This document shows, piece by piece, positions 1-9,475 of a stretch of 64,000 bases of DNA. Each line of letters opens with the position of its first letter. Position 1 is the first letter of the stretch. The stretch covers positions 1-64,000 of the forward strand of contig JBFWNU010000004.1 in NCBI GenBank assembly GCA_050250895.1, written 5' to 3'. Under the pieces are notes generated by a model that worked only from the letters and a program-made list of their open reading frames with translations, searched no databases and was not told where the DNA came from. The DNA is from Vulcanimicrobiota bacterium (GTDB taxonomy: Bacteria > Vulcanimicrobiota > Xenobia > Xenobiales > JADMJV01). The translations under genes and the position numbers were made by a program.

Positions 1-64
1 CACCCCTCCCCCCCCCCCCCGACGCACCCCCCCCCCCCACCAAACCCAGGCACCCCCCCCCGCG

Positions 65-320
65 CGAGACCGAGGCTCCCCACTCCGAGCAAAGCGAGGC
101 TCCCCCCACTCCGAGCCAAGCGAGGCTCCCCCCTCCGAGCCAAGCGAGGCTCCCCTCTCCGAGCAAAGCGAGGCTCCCCTCTCCGAGCCAAGCGAGGCTC
201 CCCCCTCCGAGCCAAGCGAGGCTTCCCCCTCCGAGCCAAGCGAGGCTCCCCCCTCCGAGCCAAGCGAGGCTCCCCCCTCCGGGCGAGAGCGAGGCTCCCC
301 CCTCCGAGCGAGAGCGAGGC
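65..320. repeat. Tandem repeat, about 11 copies of a 24-26 bp unit (CCGAGCCAAGCGAGGCTCCCCCCT)
   Basis: CGAGGC recurs at 71, 95, 121, 145, 169, 193, 217, 241, 265, 290 and 315; most units hold a GAGCC-N6-GGCTC inverted repeat. Confidence 0.95.
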
Positions 321-324
321 CGAG

Positions 325-1413
325 TCAGCGACGGCTGCCGCGCAGCTCGTCAAGGGTCACGCCCGGCTGCCAGTGGATGGTGGGTCGGCTCGAAGTCACC
401 TTGGGGGCCGAGGCGTCGTAGGGTACGCCGGTCAGGCAAGCCCGCAGGCCGCCGATGCTTTCGTGCATCTTCTCGGTGAGAGCCAGCACGGCCCCTTTGC
501 GGTCGGTCTCGGCCTGGGCCACATAGGGAGCCACCTCGATGGGCTGGCCGATGCGAACGTGGGCCACCGGGCGATTGCGCCAGGCCTCGGCCAGGGCCAC
601 CGTGCCGGCCGCTCCCGCTAGCGCACAGCCAAGGCCGGCCCAGCCGCTCGAGGACGCGCCCACCAGAGCGCCAATAGCCGCACCGGCCAGGCCACCCTTC
701 ACCCCGGCCACAAAGCGAGGGGTGGGGTTGGAGGGCTCGGGATTCTCGACTCCTCGGCGAGCCAGGCGGGCGCCCAGGGCCACCCCGCCCACCACCGCGC
801 CCAGGGTCGGGCAGGCCAGGCTGCCGGCCAGCACCACGGCGGCCGCGCCCAGGCCGAGCAGGCGCTCGCCCAGGCGAGGTTTGTCGTTGGGCTGATAGTC
901 GATGGCTATCGGCACTACCGTCTCGGCCTTACCCAGGATGGCCGCCGCTGCCGGGCCTTTCTTGAAGGGGCCGATCCCGCCGCGCTCGCCTTCGGGATAG
1001 AACTCGCCTTCAGGAAAGATTCCCAGGCCGCTGCCCGAGCGAACAATGTCGACGGTGTGCTCTTTGGTGACCGGCGACGGCTCGACCCGATCGACCGGAA
1101 AGATGCCGGCCAGGGTCAGGCCCCGGGCCACCGGCCGCGAGCCGAAGAGGTCGACGTTGACCATGGTGCGCATGTCGTCCACCGGAAGGTTGAGCAGAAT
1201 GGGCACATCCAGCACGCTGACGTGGTTGGGCGCGTAGACGTGGCCGCCGCTGCGAGGCAGGTTCTCGAGACCCTCGGTCTCGACCCGGCAAAAACAGGCC
1301 GTGCCGGCCGTGAGGGCGGCGCGAGTAGCCAGGGGAAAGCGGCGGGGTCGGGACAGTCCGTCGGCCGGACCGTGATAGGGCGAGACGCCGGGCCGAAAAG
1401 AGTTGAGACGCAT
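325..1413 (-). CDS. 1-acyl-sn-glycerol-3-phosphate acyltransferase (PlsC/lysophospholipid acyltransferase family) with a glycine-rich hydrophobic insertion
   Basis: NHVSVLD (HX4D) motif, FPVDR, IFPEG, PFKKG, VVPIAI. Confidence 0.88.
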   Translation of the reverse strand: MRLNSFRPGVSPYHGPADGLSRPRRFPLATRAALTAGTACFCRVETEGLENLPRSGGHVYAPNHVSVLDVPILLNLPVDDMRTMVNVDLFGSRPVARGLTLAGIFPVDRVEPSPVTKEHTVDIVRSGSGLGIFPEGEFYPEGERGGIGPFKKGPAAAAILGKAETVVPIAIDYQPNDKPRLGERLLGLGAAAVVLAGSLACPTLGAVVGGVALGARLARRGVENPEPSNPTPRFVAGVKGGLAGAAIGALVGASSSGWAGLGCALAGAAGTVALAEAWRNRPVAHVRIGQPIEVAPYVAQAETDRKGAVLALTEKMHESIGGLRACLTGVPYDASAPKVTSSRPTIHWQPGVTLDELRGSRR

Positions 1414-1485
1414 CAGAGACCTTCAATTCTGACTCCGCGCCATCTCAGCTTAGCCGTGGTGCCTGAACGATTGCTGAAATCCGGG

Positions 1486-4400
1486 TTACTCTGGGCGGAC
1501 GCTGGTGGTCCTGGCGATGCCGAGCAAGACGAACAGGCAGGGGCAGAGCACCAGGGCAAGCAGGGTTGCTCCGGTGACGCCGCCGGCGATGGTGGCGGCC
1601 AGGGGGTGCCAGAAGCGATCGGCGCCCAAGAGCAGGGGCAGAAAGCCGGCCACGGTGGTGAAGGTGGTGGCCAGCACGTGGGGACTGCAACCCACTACCA
1701 CCTCGACCACCGAGGCGATGTCGGCGGCTCTGCGCTCTTGCAGGGCGGCCAGCACCACCGTGCTGTCATTGACGGCCACTCCCAGCAGGCCCATGGTGCC
1801 GATGAGCGCGTTAAAGCCGATGGGCAAGCCGAGTAGATAGAGCGAGCCGAAGGCCAGGCCTACCGAGAGCAGGCCTACCAGAGCCACTACGCCGGCCAGA
1901 CGAAAGCTGCGAAAAGCCAGCACTAGCGAGCCCGCCATCAAGACCACCAGCGGCACCACGTAGGTGGCCAGATTGCCCACCGCCCGGTCACGCTCGGCCG
2001 CCTCGCCGCCGAACTCGTAGCTATAGCCTGGGGGCAGCGCGAACTCACCCGACTCGAGGCGCTCGCGCAGGGGTTCGACCACCGTGGCCGGCAGCACCCC
2101 GGCCGTAAGAAAAGCCTGGACGGTGTTGCTGCGACGACGGTCGCGGCGCGAGACCACGGCCATGTCCGAGGTCAGCTTGAATTGGCCCAGCACCGGCAAC
2201 GGGATGCGGCCGGCCGGCGAGGGGATGTCGAGCTGTTCGAGGGCCTCGACGGTGGCCCGGTCGCCGTCATCAAGGCGCACCCGGATGGGTAGTTCTTCGC
2301 TGCCTTCGAGCAATTCGCCGGCCAATACTCCCTGGGTGCTCTGCTGCAGAAAGTTGGCGGTGGTGGTGGGGTCCAGGCCCGCCCGCCGGGCCTGACGCTC
2401 GTCGATGCGAAACTCGAGCTTGGCCAGAGTGTCCGAGAGGCTGGCCCGGGTCTGGACCACCTCGGGATAGTTGGCCAGCTCGGCCCGCAAGCGCTCGCCA
2501 AGCTGGCGTAACTTCTCGGTATCCGGACCGAAGAGATGCACCTCGACGGGAGCATCGAAAGGCGGACCCTGCTCGAGTTGGATGGCTCGCGCTCGGGTGC
2601 CGGGAAAGCGCTGGTCGAGCATCGTCTGAAGCTGGCGGATGACCGACAGCGAGTCATAGGGCGAGTCGAGTTCGACCAGGGCCTCGGCGAAGTTGGGTTG
2701 ATTCTCCTGATTGCCCAACAGGTTGTAGTAGAACTTGGGGGCGCTCCGGCCGATAAACCAGTGAAGCTCTTCTACCCGAGGATGCTCCAGGGCCTCGAAG
2801 CGAATCTGCTGCGCTATCGCCGCGGTGGCCTCGAGCGAAGTCTGGGCCGGCATCTCGACCACCAGTCGAAACTGATCCCGGTCGGTGGGCGGGAAGAACT
2901 GTTCTTTGAGCAGACTGAGCGAATAAAAACCTGCCACCGGAAGCACCAGGCTCAGGGCCACCCCCAGCCAGGGTCGGACCAGCAATTTGCGCAACAGCTC
3001 ACCAAAAGCCCGGGTGAAACGGGGGTGAGAGCGCGCCGACGGTCGCAGCCACAAGAGCAAGACGGGCAAGACCGTGAGCGAGAGAAAGAGCGATGCCAGC
3101 AAAGCCAGGATGACGGTGATGGCGATACTGCCCACGAACTCCCCCACCCCGCCTGGCAGCAGGGCGATGGGCAGAAAGGCCAACACGGTGGTGGCCGTCG
3201 ACGACCCAAGCGGGACCAACAGGCGAGAGAGCACTGCCTGGATAGCGGTGGGGCCGTCCAGGCCGTGGGACAACTCGGCCTGCATCTCGTCGGTGACCAC
3301 GATGGCGTTGTCGATGAGCAATCCCAGGGCGATGATCAGTCCGGTCACCGACATCTGGTGAATCGGGATGCCGAGCAAGGCCATGCCCGCCAGCACCATC
3401 AACGAAGTCAGGGGAAGGGCTGTGCCCACTACCAGCGCCGCTCGCCAGCCCATCATGGCCAGCACTACCAGCATCACGGCCAGGGCGCCCATCACCAGAT
3501 TGAAGGTGAGGGTATCGAAGCGACGCTTGACGTAATCGCTCTGGTCAAAAAGGATCTCGAGGCTCACGCCGGAGGGCAGGGTGGTGGCAAACTCGTCGAG
3601 CCGGTCTCGCATCTTCTGCGACCACAGGTCGACTCGTTGACTGGGCTCGCAATAGACGCCCAGCACCACGGCCGCACGGCCCGACACCAGTGCCTTCGAG
3701 TCGGCCGGTTGCTTGGGAACTTTCTGGATGGTGGCCAGGTCGGCCAGGCTCAGGTGGCCGGCAGTGGGGCTATCGAGCACGGGCACGGCCCCGATAGCGT
3801 CGAGATCGTGGAACTCGGTGTCCAACTCGACCAGCAGGTTGCCTTCCTGACCACTCATCTGGCCCGAGGGTAGACGGGCCTGCGAGGCGCCCAGACGCCG
3901 GGCCACGGTGGCGGGACTCAGTCCGAGCGCTGAAAGCTTCTGTTGATCGAGGCTGACCAGGACCTCTTCGACGGGCTCGCCGAAGAAGCGGGTCTTCTCG
4001 CTGCCGGCGACCGAAAAGACGACCTCTTCGAGCTCTTCGGCCAGGCGCCCGAGGATGGCCTGGTTGGCGGGTGAGTCGAGATTCCAACGCAGGGCCAGAA
4101 TGAAAGTGTAGGCCCGAACATCCGAGTTCTCGAGCTCAGGCTTGCGCGCGCCCGCTGGCAGATTGGCCTCGGCCAGTTCCAGCTTGGCCCGCACCTTGGT
4201 CCAGGCAGCTTCGAGATCGTCCACATCGTCTTTTAGCTCGACGATGACCAGGCTGAAGTTGGGTCGTGAGAACGAGCGCATCGAGCGCAACTCTTCGACC
4301 TCCCAGATCTCTTCCTCGAGAACCTTGGTGACCTGAGTTTCGACCCGCTCTGCTCCGGCGCCCGGGTAAAGGGTCTTGATGCGGGCAAAGCGAGGCGATA

Positions 4401-4512
4401 GGGTGGGGTCTTCTAGCCGCGGCAGCGTGACCAGGGCCGACAGGCCAAAGGCGACCACCAGACCCAACAGGAGCAGTAAAAAGCGTGGTTGGCGATAGAA
4501 GACCAGAGCCAT
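1486..4512 (-). CDS. RND efflux transporter permease (AcrB/AcrD/AcrF family)
   Basis: 1008 aa; LPRLEDP, YPGAGAERVE, GLLIDNAIVV, two TM blocks. Confidence 0.95.
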   Translation of the reverse strand: MALVFYRQPRFLLLLLGLVVAFGLSALVTLPRLEDPTLSPRFARIKTLYPGAGAERVETQVTKVLEEEIWEVEELRSMRSFSRPNFSLVIVELKDDVDDLEAAWTKVRAKLELAEANLPAGARKPELENSDVRAYTFILALRWNLDSPANQAILGRLAEELEEVVFSVAGSEKTRFFGEPVEEVLVSLDQQKLSALGLSPATVARRLGASQARLPSGQMSGQEGNLLVELDTEFHDLDAIGAVPVLDSPTAGHLSLADLATIQKVPKQPADSKALVSGRAAVVLGVYCEPSQRVDLWSQKMRDRLDEFATTLPSGVSLEILFDQSDYVKRRFDTLTFNLVMGALAVMLVVLAMMGWRAALVVGTALPLTSLMVLAGMALLGIPIHQMSVTGLIIALGLLIDNAIVVTDEMQAELSHGLDGPTAIQAVLSRLLVPLGSSTATTVLAFLPIALLPGGVGEFVGSIAITVILALLASLFLSLTVLPVLLLWLRPSARSHPRFTRAFGELLRKLLVRPWLGVALSLVLPVAGFYSLSLLKEQFFPPTDRDQFRLVVEMPAQTSLEATAAIAQQIRFEALEHPRVEELHWFIGRSAPKFYYNLLGNQENQPNFAEALVELDSPYDSLSVIRQLQTMLDQRFPGTRARAIQLEQGPPFDAPVEVHLFGPDTEKLRQLGERLRAELANYPEVVQTRASLSDTLAKLEFRIDERQARRAGLDPTTTANFLQQSTQGVLAGELLEGSEELPIRVRLDDGDRATVEALEQLDIPSPAGRIPLPVLGQFKLTSDMAVVSRRDRRRSNTVQAFLTAGVLPATVVEPLRERLESGEFALPPGYSYEFGGEAAERDRAVGNLATYVVPLVVLMAGSLVLAFRSFRLAGVVALVGLLSVGLAFGSLYLLGLPIGFNALIGTMGLLGVAVNDSTVVLAALQERRAADIASVVEVVVGCSPHVLATTFTTVAGFLPLLLGADRFWHPLAATIAGGVTGATLLALVLCPCLFVLLGIARTTSVRPE

Positions 4513-4515
4513 GGC

Positions 4516-5730
4516 CTAGAGCACGCGCACCGACTGGCCGGGCACCACTTGCTCGGCTCCTTCGACGATCACTCGCTGACCAGGGCCAAGCGTGCCGCGC
4601 ACCAGCGCTCGTTCGGTTTCGGTGTAGAGCACCTCGACCTGTTGGGCCTCGACGGTGGCCTGCTCGCTCACCGTGTAGCAGCGAAAGAGGCCGCGCCCGC
4701 TCGATACCAGCGAGGCTCGGGGCACCCAGAAGCCGTTCACGGGCAGCTCGGACTCGAGCTGGGCTTGAATCGAGCGTCCCGGCACCAGGCGAGGGTCCGA
4801 GACAGCAAAGCGGGCGGTCACCGTCCCGCTGGCCGTGTCGACCCGGGGCATCAAGGCCAGGAACCGCGAAGTCACTGGCGTGCCCTCGACCATCAGACTG
4901 GCCTGGGGGTAGTCGGCTCGATCGGCCGGCAAGCCGACGCGGGCCTCGAGGCTATCGGTCTCGAACACAGTGAGCACGGGTTGCCCTGGCGAAACCACCG
5001 CCCCCTCGTCGAGGTGGCGTGTCGAGACGACTCCGGCGAAGGGGGCCACCAGCTGGCAATCTTCAAACTCGACAGCCAGACTGCCCAGGCTGGCCCTGAC
5101 CCGCTCGACCCGGGCCTGTTGGGCGCTTAGCTCTTCGGGCCGAGTGCCGTTCTCGAGTTCGCGCAGGGCGAATCGGGCATCGTCGATTGCCGCCTGGAGG
5201 CCGTCCACTTCGGTCGAAAATTCGTCGAGTTGTTCGCGGGCAATGGCGCCCTCATCATAAAGATGGGAGCGACGTTGGCGCTTGAGTTCGGCCAGCTCTA
5301 GCTGGCTCTCGAGGCGGCGGACCCGAGCCCGGGCCGACTCGATGGTCTCGCGGCGAGGTCCCCCCGACAGCTCGGCCAGCCGTGCCTGGGCGGCTTCGAG
5401 TTCGGCCTGCAATTCGCGACGACGGGCGTCCAGGGCTCGGGTGTCGAGGCTGGCGACGACCGTGCCTCGACCCACCCTGACCCCTTCGTCGACCAGCACG
5501 TGAACCAGTTCGCCACCGCGCTGAAAGCCCAGGTCGGTCTGACGTCCGGCCACCACCTCACCTGTGTAGAGCCGACTCTGGCGATAGCTCGAAGCTTGCT
5601 CGATCGAAGCAACCCGCACCGGCAAAGGCGCGGGTGTGTGGTTTGGCTCGACCGAGCGAGAAGGCTCGACGTGCAGATAAAGCAGAATCGCGGCCACCGC
5701 CGCCACCAGCGTCAGGGAAATGCGAAGCAT
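4516..5730 (-). CDS. RND efflux periplasmic adaptor subunit (MFP)
   Basis: N-terminal anchor, VLVDEG, coiled coil, APFAGVV, GTLGPGQRVIVEG; 3 nt from the RND gene. Confidence 0.93.
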   Translation of the reverse strand: MLRISLTLVAAVAAILLYLHVEPSRSVEPNHTPAPLPVRVASIEQASSYRQSRLYTGEVVAGRQTDLGFQRGGELVHVLVDEGVRVGRGTVVASLDTRALDARRRELQAELEAAQARLAELSGGPRRETIESARARVRRLESQLELAELKRQRRSHLYDEGAIAREQLDEFSTEVDGLQAAIDDARFALRELENGTRPEELSAQQARVERVRASLGSLAVEFEDCQLVAPFAGVVSTRHLDEGAVVSPGQPVLTVFETDSLEARVGLPADRADYPQASLMVEGTPVTSRFLALMPRVDTASGTVTARFAVSDPRLVPGRSIQAQLESELPVNGFWVPRASLVSSGRGLFRCYTVSEQATVEAQQVEVLYTETERALVRGTLGPGQRVIVEGAEQVVPGQSVRVL

Positions 5731-5802
5731 GGAACCTTCCTCAAGCAGGGGCTAAGCCCGGGCCGACCAGAAAAGGTCGATAGCGCCCGGGATGTGTCGG
5801 GC

Positions 5803-5854
5803 GTCAACATTGTTGACGATGTAAACTTAGCATGCTAAGTTTACTATGTCAACA
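5803..5854. promoter_or_regulatory. Putative TetR operator: nested palindromes
   Basis: Perfect 24-bp palindrome GTAAACTTAGCATGCTAAGTTTAC (5821-5844) flanked by TGTTGAC (5811-5817) and GTCAACA (5848-5854); also GTCAACA-T-TGTTGAC (5803-5817); lies between the divergent efflux operon and tetR. Confidence 0.8.
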
Positions 5855-5866
5855 TGGAGGTTCGAA

Positions 5867-6466
5867 TTGACCTATCACCACGGAAACCTGCGGGCCGCCC
5901 TACTGCAGGCGGCCAGCGACATGGTGGCCGAATCAGGACCGGACGCTCTCACCCTGCGTGCGGTGGCCCGCCAGGCGGGCGTCTCGCAGACCGCTCCCTA
6001 TCGCCACTTCGCCGACAAAGAAGAGCTGCTGGCCGAAGTGGCCGAGTTGGGGTTCGAGCGCTTGAAAGCCTGGCTGATGAATTCGTTGGAGGGCGAAGAG
6101 GATCCCGTCGAGCGACTGCACGCGGTGGGCCGCGGTTATCTCACCTACGCCATGGCCAACCCCCACCTCTTCCGCCTGATGTTCGGGCCGCTCGTGGCCA
6201 AGGGCGAAGCCTATCCCGACCTCGAATCCACCTGCAAGGAAGGCTTCGAAATCTTGCTGGGGGTGATTCGCGAAGGCCAGCAAGCAGGATGCCTGGCCGA
6301 AGGCAACGTCGAGGCCATGGGCATGGCCGCCTGGTCCATGGTCCACGGACTGGCCCACCTCACCATCGACGGTCAGATGCTGTTAGAGAAGGCCAGTGCG
6401 GCCAACGAAGAGGCCATGGGTCGCATGATGGGCACCTTCCTCATCGAGGGTCTGAGGCGACGATAA
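5867..6466 (+). CDS. TetR/AcrR family transcriptional regulator (WHG-type C-terminus)
   Basis: YHHGNLR...LRAVARQAGVSQTAPYRHF HTH; AWSMVHG; GGAGG RBS before TTG 5867. Confidence 0.93.
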   Translation: MTYHHGNLRAALLQAASDMVAESGPDALTLRAVARQAGVSQTAPYRHFADKEELLAEVAELGFERLKAWLMNSLEGEEDPVERLHAVGRGYLTYAMANPHLFRLMFGPLVAKGEAYPDLESTCKEGFEILLGVIREGQQAGCLAEGNVEAMGMAAWSMVHGLAHLTIDGQMLLEKASAANEEAMGRMMGTFLIEGLRRR

Positions 6467-6538
6467 ATTGGCGCGCCTCGCCAGAAGGTTAGGCTAGGCA
6501 GCGCGAGAATGCTAGGCAAGCCTAATTTCGTGAGGACG

Positions 6539-6763
6539 ATGTCTATGTCTGGCATTTTGCGTAAAGCTCGCGCCGTGGTCTATGTGCGCGCGTTGATGAG
6601 TCTGGGGCACTTCGGTGTTAGCGAGGGACAACTGGTATTTCTCCACTGCAAAGGTAACCGCCGGCCGTTGCCCAATGGGCTACCCGAGAGTGCCCGGCGA
6701 CTGGCCGTGCAATCCTGGATTCGAGGCTATGAACGGGAGATCTGCCAGGCCCTGAAATGCTAA
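6539..6763 (+). CDS. Small hypothetical protein
   Basis: Fills the gap and overlaps the next gene; no motif; start uncertain. Confidence 0.3.
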   Translation: MSMSGILRKARAVVYVRALMSLGHFGVSEGQLVFLHCKGNRRPLPNGLPESARRLAVQSWIRGYEREICQALKC

Positions 6764-7029
6764 AACTGTTTCGTGTCATCGCCTATTGCGAGGGGGCATC
6801 GTTCTTGATTCTGCTCCTCATCGCCATGCCCCTGAAGTATCTCTACGCCATGCCGATGGCGGTGCGGGTGGTCGGAACGGCCCACGGGCTGCTCTTTATC
6901 GCCTATTGCCTTCTAGGGGCCCTGGTCTGGCGAGAACAGGGCTGGTCCCTTCGCACAGCGGCGCTCGCTTTCATCAGCGCCTTTCTACCCTGCGGTCCGT
7001 TCATTTTCGACCGCAAGCTGCTGAGTTAG
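6757..7029 (+). CDS. DUF3817-family integral membrane protein
   Basis: FRVIAYCEGASFLILLLIAMPLKY...GTAHGLLF...LPCGPF signature. Confidence 0.85.
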   Translation: MLKLFRVIAYCEGASFLILLLIAMPLKYLYAMPMAVRVVGTAHGLLFIAYCLLGALVWREQGWSLRTAALAFISAFLPCGPFIFDRKLLS

Positions 7030-8006
7030 CCACCGTAGCGAGCGGCCTCGGCAGGAGTGAGGGTCCAGACCTGCAGGATGTCGCCCGGGTTGACGTAGAG
7101 CGTATCGCCCTGATCGTTGGTTTGCACCACGGCAATATCCCAGGGAGTGGGCGAGTCGGCGGGACGCACCAGTCGATTGCTGGGACACACGGCCCGGTCC
7201 ATGTCGCGGGTTACGGCCCGACTATGCGGGTCCATCACGGTAAGGCGGTAGAGTTGCCCCCCTTTGAGGGGAACCCCGCCCACCACCGCATCGGTTTCGA
7301 GGCGATAGATGCAAGAAAGATGGTGTTGGCCGATCTGGTCGCTGATCCCCGCGCCCTGTCCGCGCATGCGAGTGGGCCGGGTCAGATGGTTGCCGTGCTT
7401 AAGAGCCATCTGGCCGAATTCGGCTTCACCCATGCTGGCATCGATGTAGACCTTGCTCATCTGCGAAGTGTCGGCACCGGCCGAGGTGAAGCGCGGGGCG
7501 CTCTCGGGTAGTTGGGCCACGGTGAGGTCGCGATTGACCAGCGGAGCGATGTAGGACTCTTCAAACACCAGCAGCGAGCCGCGCTGGTCTACGGCAAAAG
7601 CGGGGTCAGGCAGGAATTCTGGATTCGTCGCCCGCGCCGAGAGGTCCACCAGCAGCTCTCGGTTATCGAAGAAACCGGGCTGGGCCACCGGCGCCGTTTG
7701 CTCGGCCGGGGCGGGCTGTTCTACCGGTTGCGATTGGCTGGCAACGGGGGGCGAAGAGGGCACGTTGACCACGATGGCGCCCACGGCACCGGCAGCAGCG
7801 GCCAGCAGACCGAAGCCCAAAAGCGCCACTTGTCCGCCCGAGAGCTTGGCCTCTTCGCCGCCGGCCGCCCAGCTGGCTTCGATGGTGGAAGGCTCGCTGG
7901 GCTTGTAATGATCGGTGGCGTGAGGTTGCTGTTCGTCTGAACCGGCGCCTGGAGGCGCGGCGCGGCGAAGGTTGGGCGTGTGACCGGGCGTGACTGTCTT
8001 AATCAA
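7026..8006 (-). CDS. Hypothetical protein, one TM helix, Pro/Gln-rich linker
   Basis: GGAGAGG RBS before TTG 8006; hydrophobic segment VALLGFGLLAAAAGAVGAIVV. Confidence 0.7.
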   Translation of the reverse strand: MIKTVTPGHTPNLRRAAPPGAGSDEQQPHATDHYKPSEPSTIEASWAAGGEEAKLSGGQVALLGFGLLAAAAGAVGAIVVNVPSSPPVASQSQPVEQPAPAEQTAPVAQPGFFDNRELLVDLSARATNPEFLPDPAFAVDQRGSLLVFEESYIAPLVNRDLTVAQLPESAPRFTSAGADTSQMSKVYIDASMGEAEFGQMALKHGNHLTRPTRMRGQGAGISDQIGQHHLSCIYRLETDAVVGGVPLKGGQLYRLTVMDPHSRAVTRDMDRAVCPSNRLVRPADSPTPWDIAVVQTNDQGDTLYVNPGDILQVWTLTPAEAARYGG

Positions 8007-8071
8007 ATGACCTCTCCGAATCTGTGGGACCACCCCCACCCTAACCCAAGCCCATAAAAAAAACCTGAAGG

Positions 8072-9475
8072 TCAGCTGGTGGAGAATTCCACCATCGTCT
8101 CTTCCTGAACCAGATCCACCTCGTCAAGTAGCTTCTTCTCGCGCCAACTTCCGTGCGAGAACCAGAGCAAAGCCACCAACATGGCCACGACATTGGCGAT
8201 CGGATAGGACCACCAGATCCCGATCTCGGCTAACGGCGTGCGGTCGGAGAGCACGTAGGCCACCGGGAACTGAAACACCCACAACGACAGAATCGATAGA
8301 ATCATCGAAATCATGGTGTTGCCCGAGCCACGGAAGGCCCCGTTGAGCACTTGCTGCACGCCGATGCAGCCGAAACTCAATCCCACGATCCGCAAGAAGA
8401 CTCCGGCCTGAGAAATGACCGGGCCCGAATCGGGAATGAAGAAGGCGGCGATGGCGTCGCTACCCAGATAGGTCAGGCCGCCGATGGCAGTCAGCACCAG
8501 AAAGCCGCTCCAGCCGGCCAGTTTAACCGCTTCCGCGGCCCGCTCTGGCCGGTTGGCTCCCAGATTCTGTCCCACCATCGTCGAGGCGGCCATGGACAGT
8601 CCTAGGGCCGGAATGATGACAAATCCCAACACCCGCGAGCCCACGCCGTAGGCGGCCACCACCGACGTGGGGTAGTCGGCCACCAGGAAGGCCATCATGG
8701 TGATTCCCAGAGCTCGACTCGATTGCTCGATCGAGGCTGGCAGACCGAGAAAGAACATCCGCCGGAGCAGGTCCCAGCGCGGCTTGAGATTGGCGAAAGA
8801 CAGCTGGATTCCGGCCCGACCGGTGAACAACAGCCAGATGCCCGCCAGGGCGGCCAGTGACTGGGTGCAAAGGGTGGCCACCGCCGCTCCGGCCACTCCC
8901 ATATCGAGGGTGAAGATGAAGAACGGATCGAGCACCAGGTTGAGCAGCACCGTCGAACCCACGATATAGAGCGGTGTGACCACATCGCCCACGCCTCGCA
9001 TCAGCGATTGGAACACGGCGAAGATGAACAGCGTCGGCAGAGCAATGAAGGTCCATTGCAGATAGATGGTGGCCTGACTGATGAGGTCGGCGTCGGCGTT
9101 GCGGACCATCAGGCTGATGATGGGTCCCGAGATCAGATAGCCTAGCAGCGAGACCAGGCTGGCCGCCCAGAGCATGGCCAGCAGCGTTTGCCCAGCCACC
9201 AGATTCACCCGGGCACTGTCTCGGCGACCCTGGTATTGAGCCACCAGGATGGTGCCGGCGATGGCTAACCCGCCCCCCAGGGAGATCATCAAGAACAGGA
9301 TGGGAAAGCTCAAAGAAACGGCGGCCACGGCCGTTGGTCCGACCCGGCCCACCCAGACGGTGTCGATGAATTGATAAGCCGTTTGCAGCAGGTTGGCCAG
9401 GACCACCGGTCCCGCCAGAGAGAGCAGGCGGGACAGCACCGAACCGGTGGTCATGTCACGCGCTGGGGTTTTCAT
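8072..9475 (-). CDS. MATE family efflux transporter
   Basis: DMTTGSV, DTVWVGRVG, RGVGD, NLVLDPFFI, GQNLGA; ATGA overlap with the terC stop. Confidence 0.95.
   Translation of the reverse strand: MKTPARDMTTGSVLSRLLSLAGPVVLANLLQTAYQFIDTVWVGRVGPTAVAAVSLSFPILFLMISLGGGLAIAGTILVAQYQGRRDSARVNLVAGQTLLAMLWAASLVSLLGYLISGPIISLMVRNADADLISQATIYLQWTFIALPTLFIFAVFQSLMRGVGDVVTPLYIVGSTVLLNLVLDPFFIFTLDMGVAGAAVATLCTQSLAALAGIWLLFTGRAGIQLSFANLKPRWDLLRRMFFLGLPASIEQSSRALGITMMAFLVADYPTSVVAAYGVGSRVLGFVIIPALGLSMAASTMVGQNLGANRPERAAEAVKLAGWSGFLVLTAIGGLTYLGSDAIAAFFIPDSGPVISQAGVFLRIVGLSFGCIGVQQVLNGAFRGSGNTMISMILSILSLWVFQFPVAYVLSDRTPLAEIGIWWSYPIANVVAMLVALLWFSHGSWREKKLLDEVDLVQEETMVEFSTS

Noticed and set aside
1-62. Poly-C-rich stretch as a biological element
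   Set aside because: Irregular low-complexity sequence at the window edge; most likely degraded read ends of the adjacent repeat.
65-320. CRISPR array
   Set aside because: Units are directly adjacent with no unique spacers, and no cas genes are nearby.
2536-3873. Long antisense ORFs (also 47791..48762, 55752..56738, 24599..25477 and others)
   Set aside because: Typical high-GC shadow ORFs opposite well-supported genes, with no motifs.
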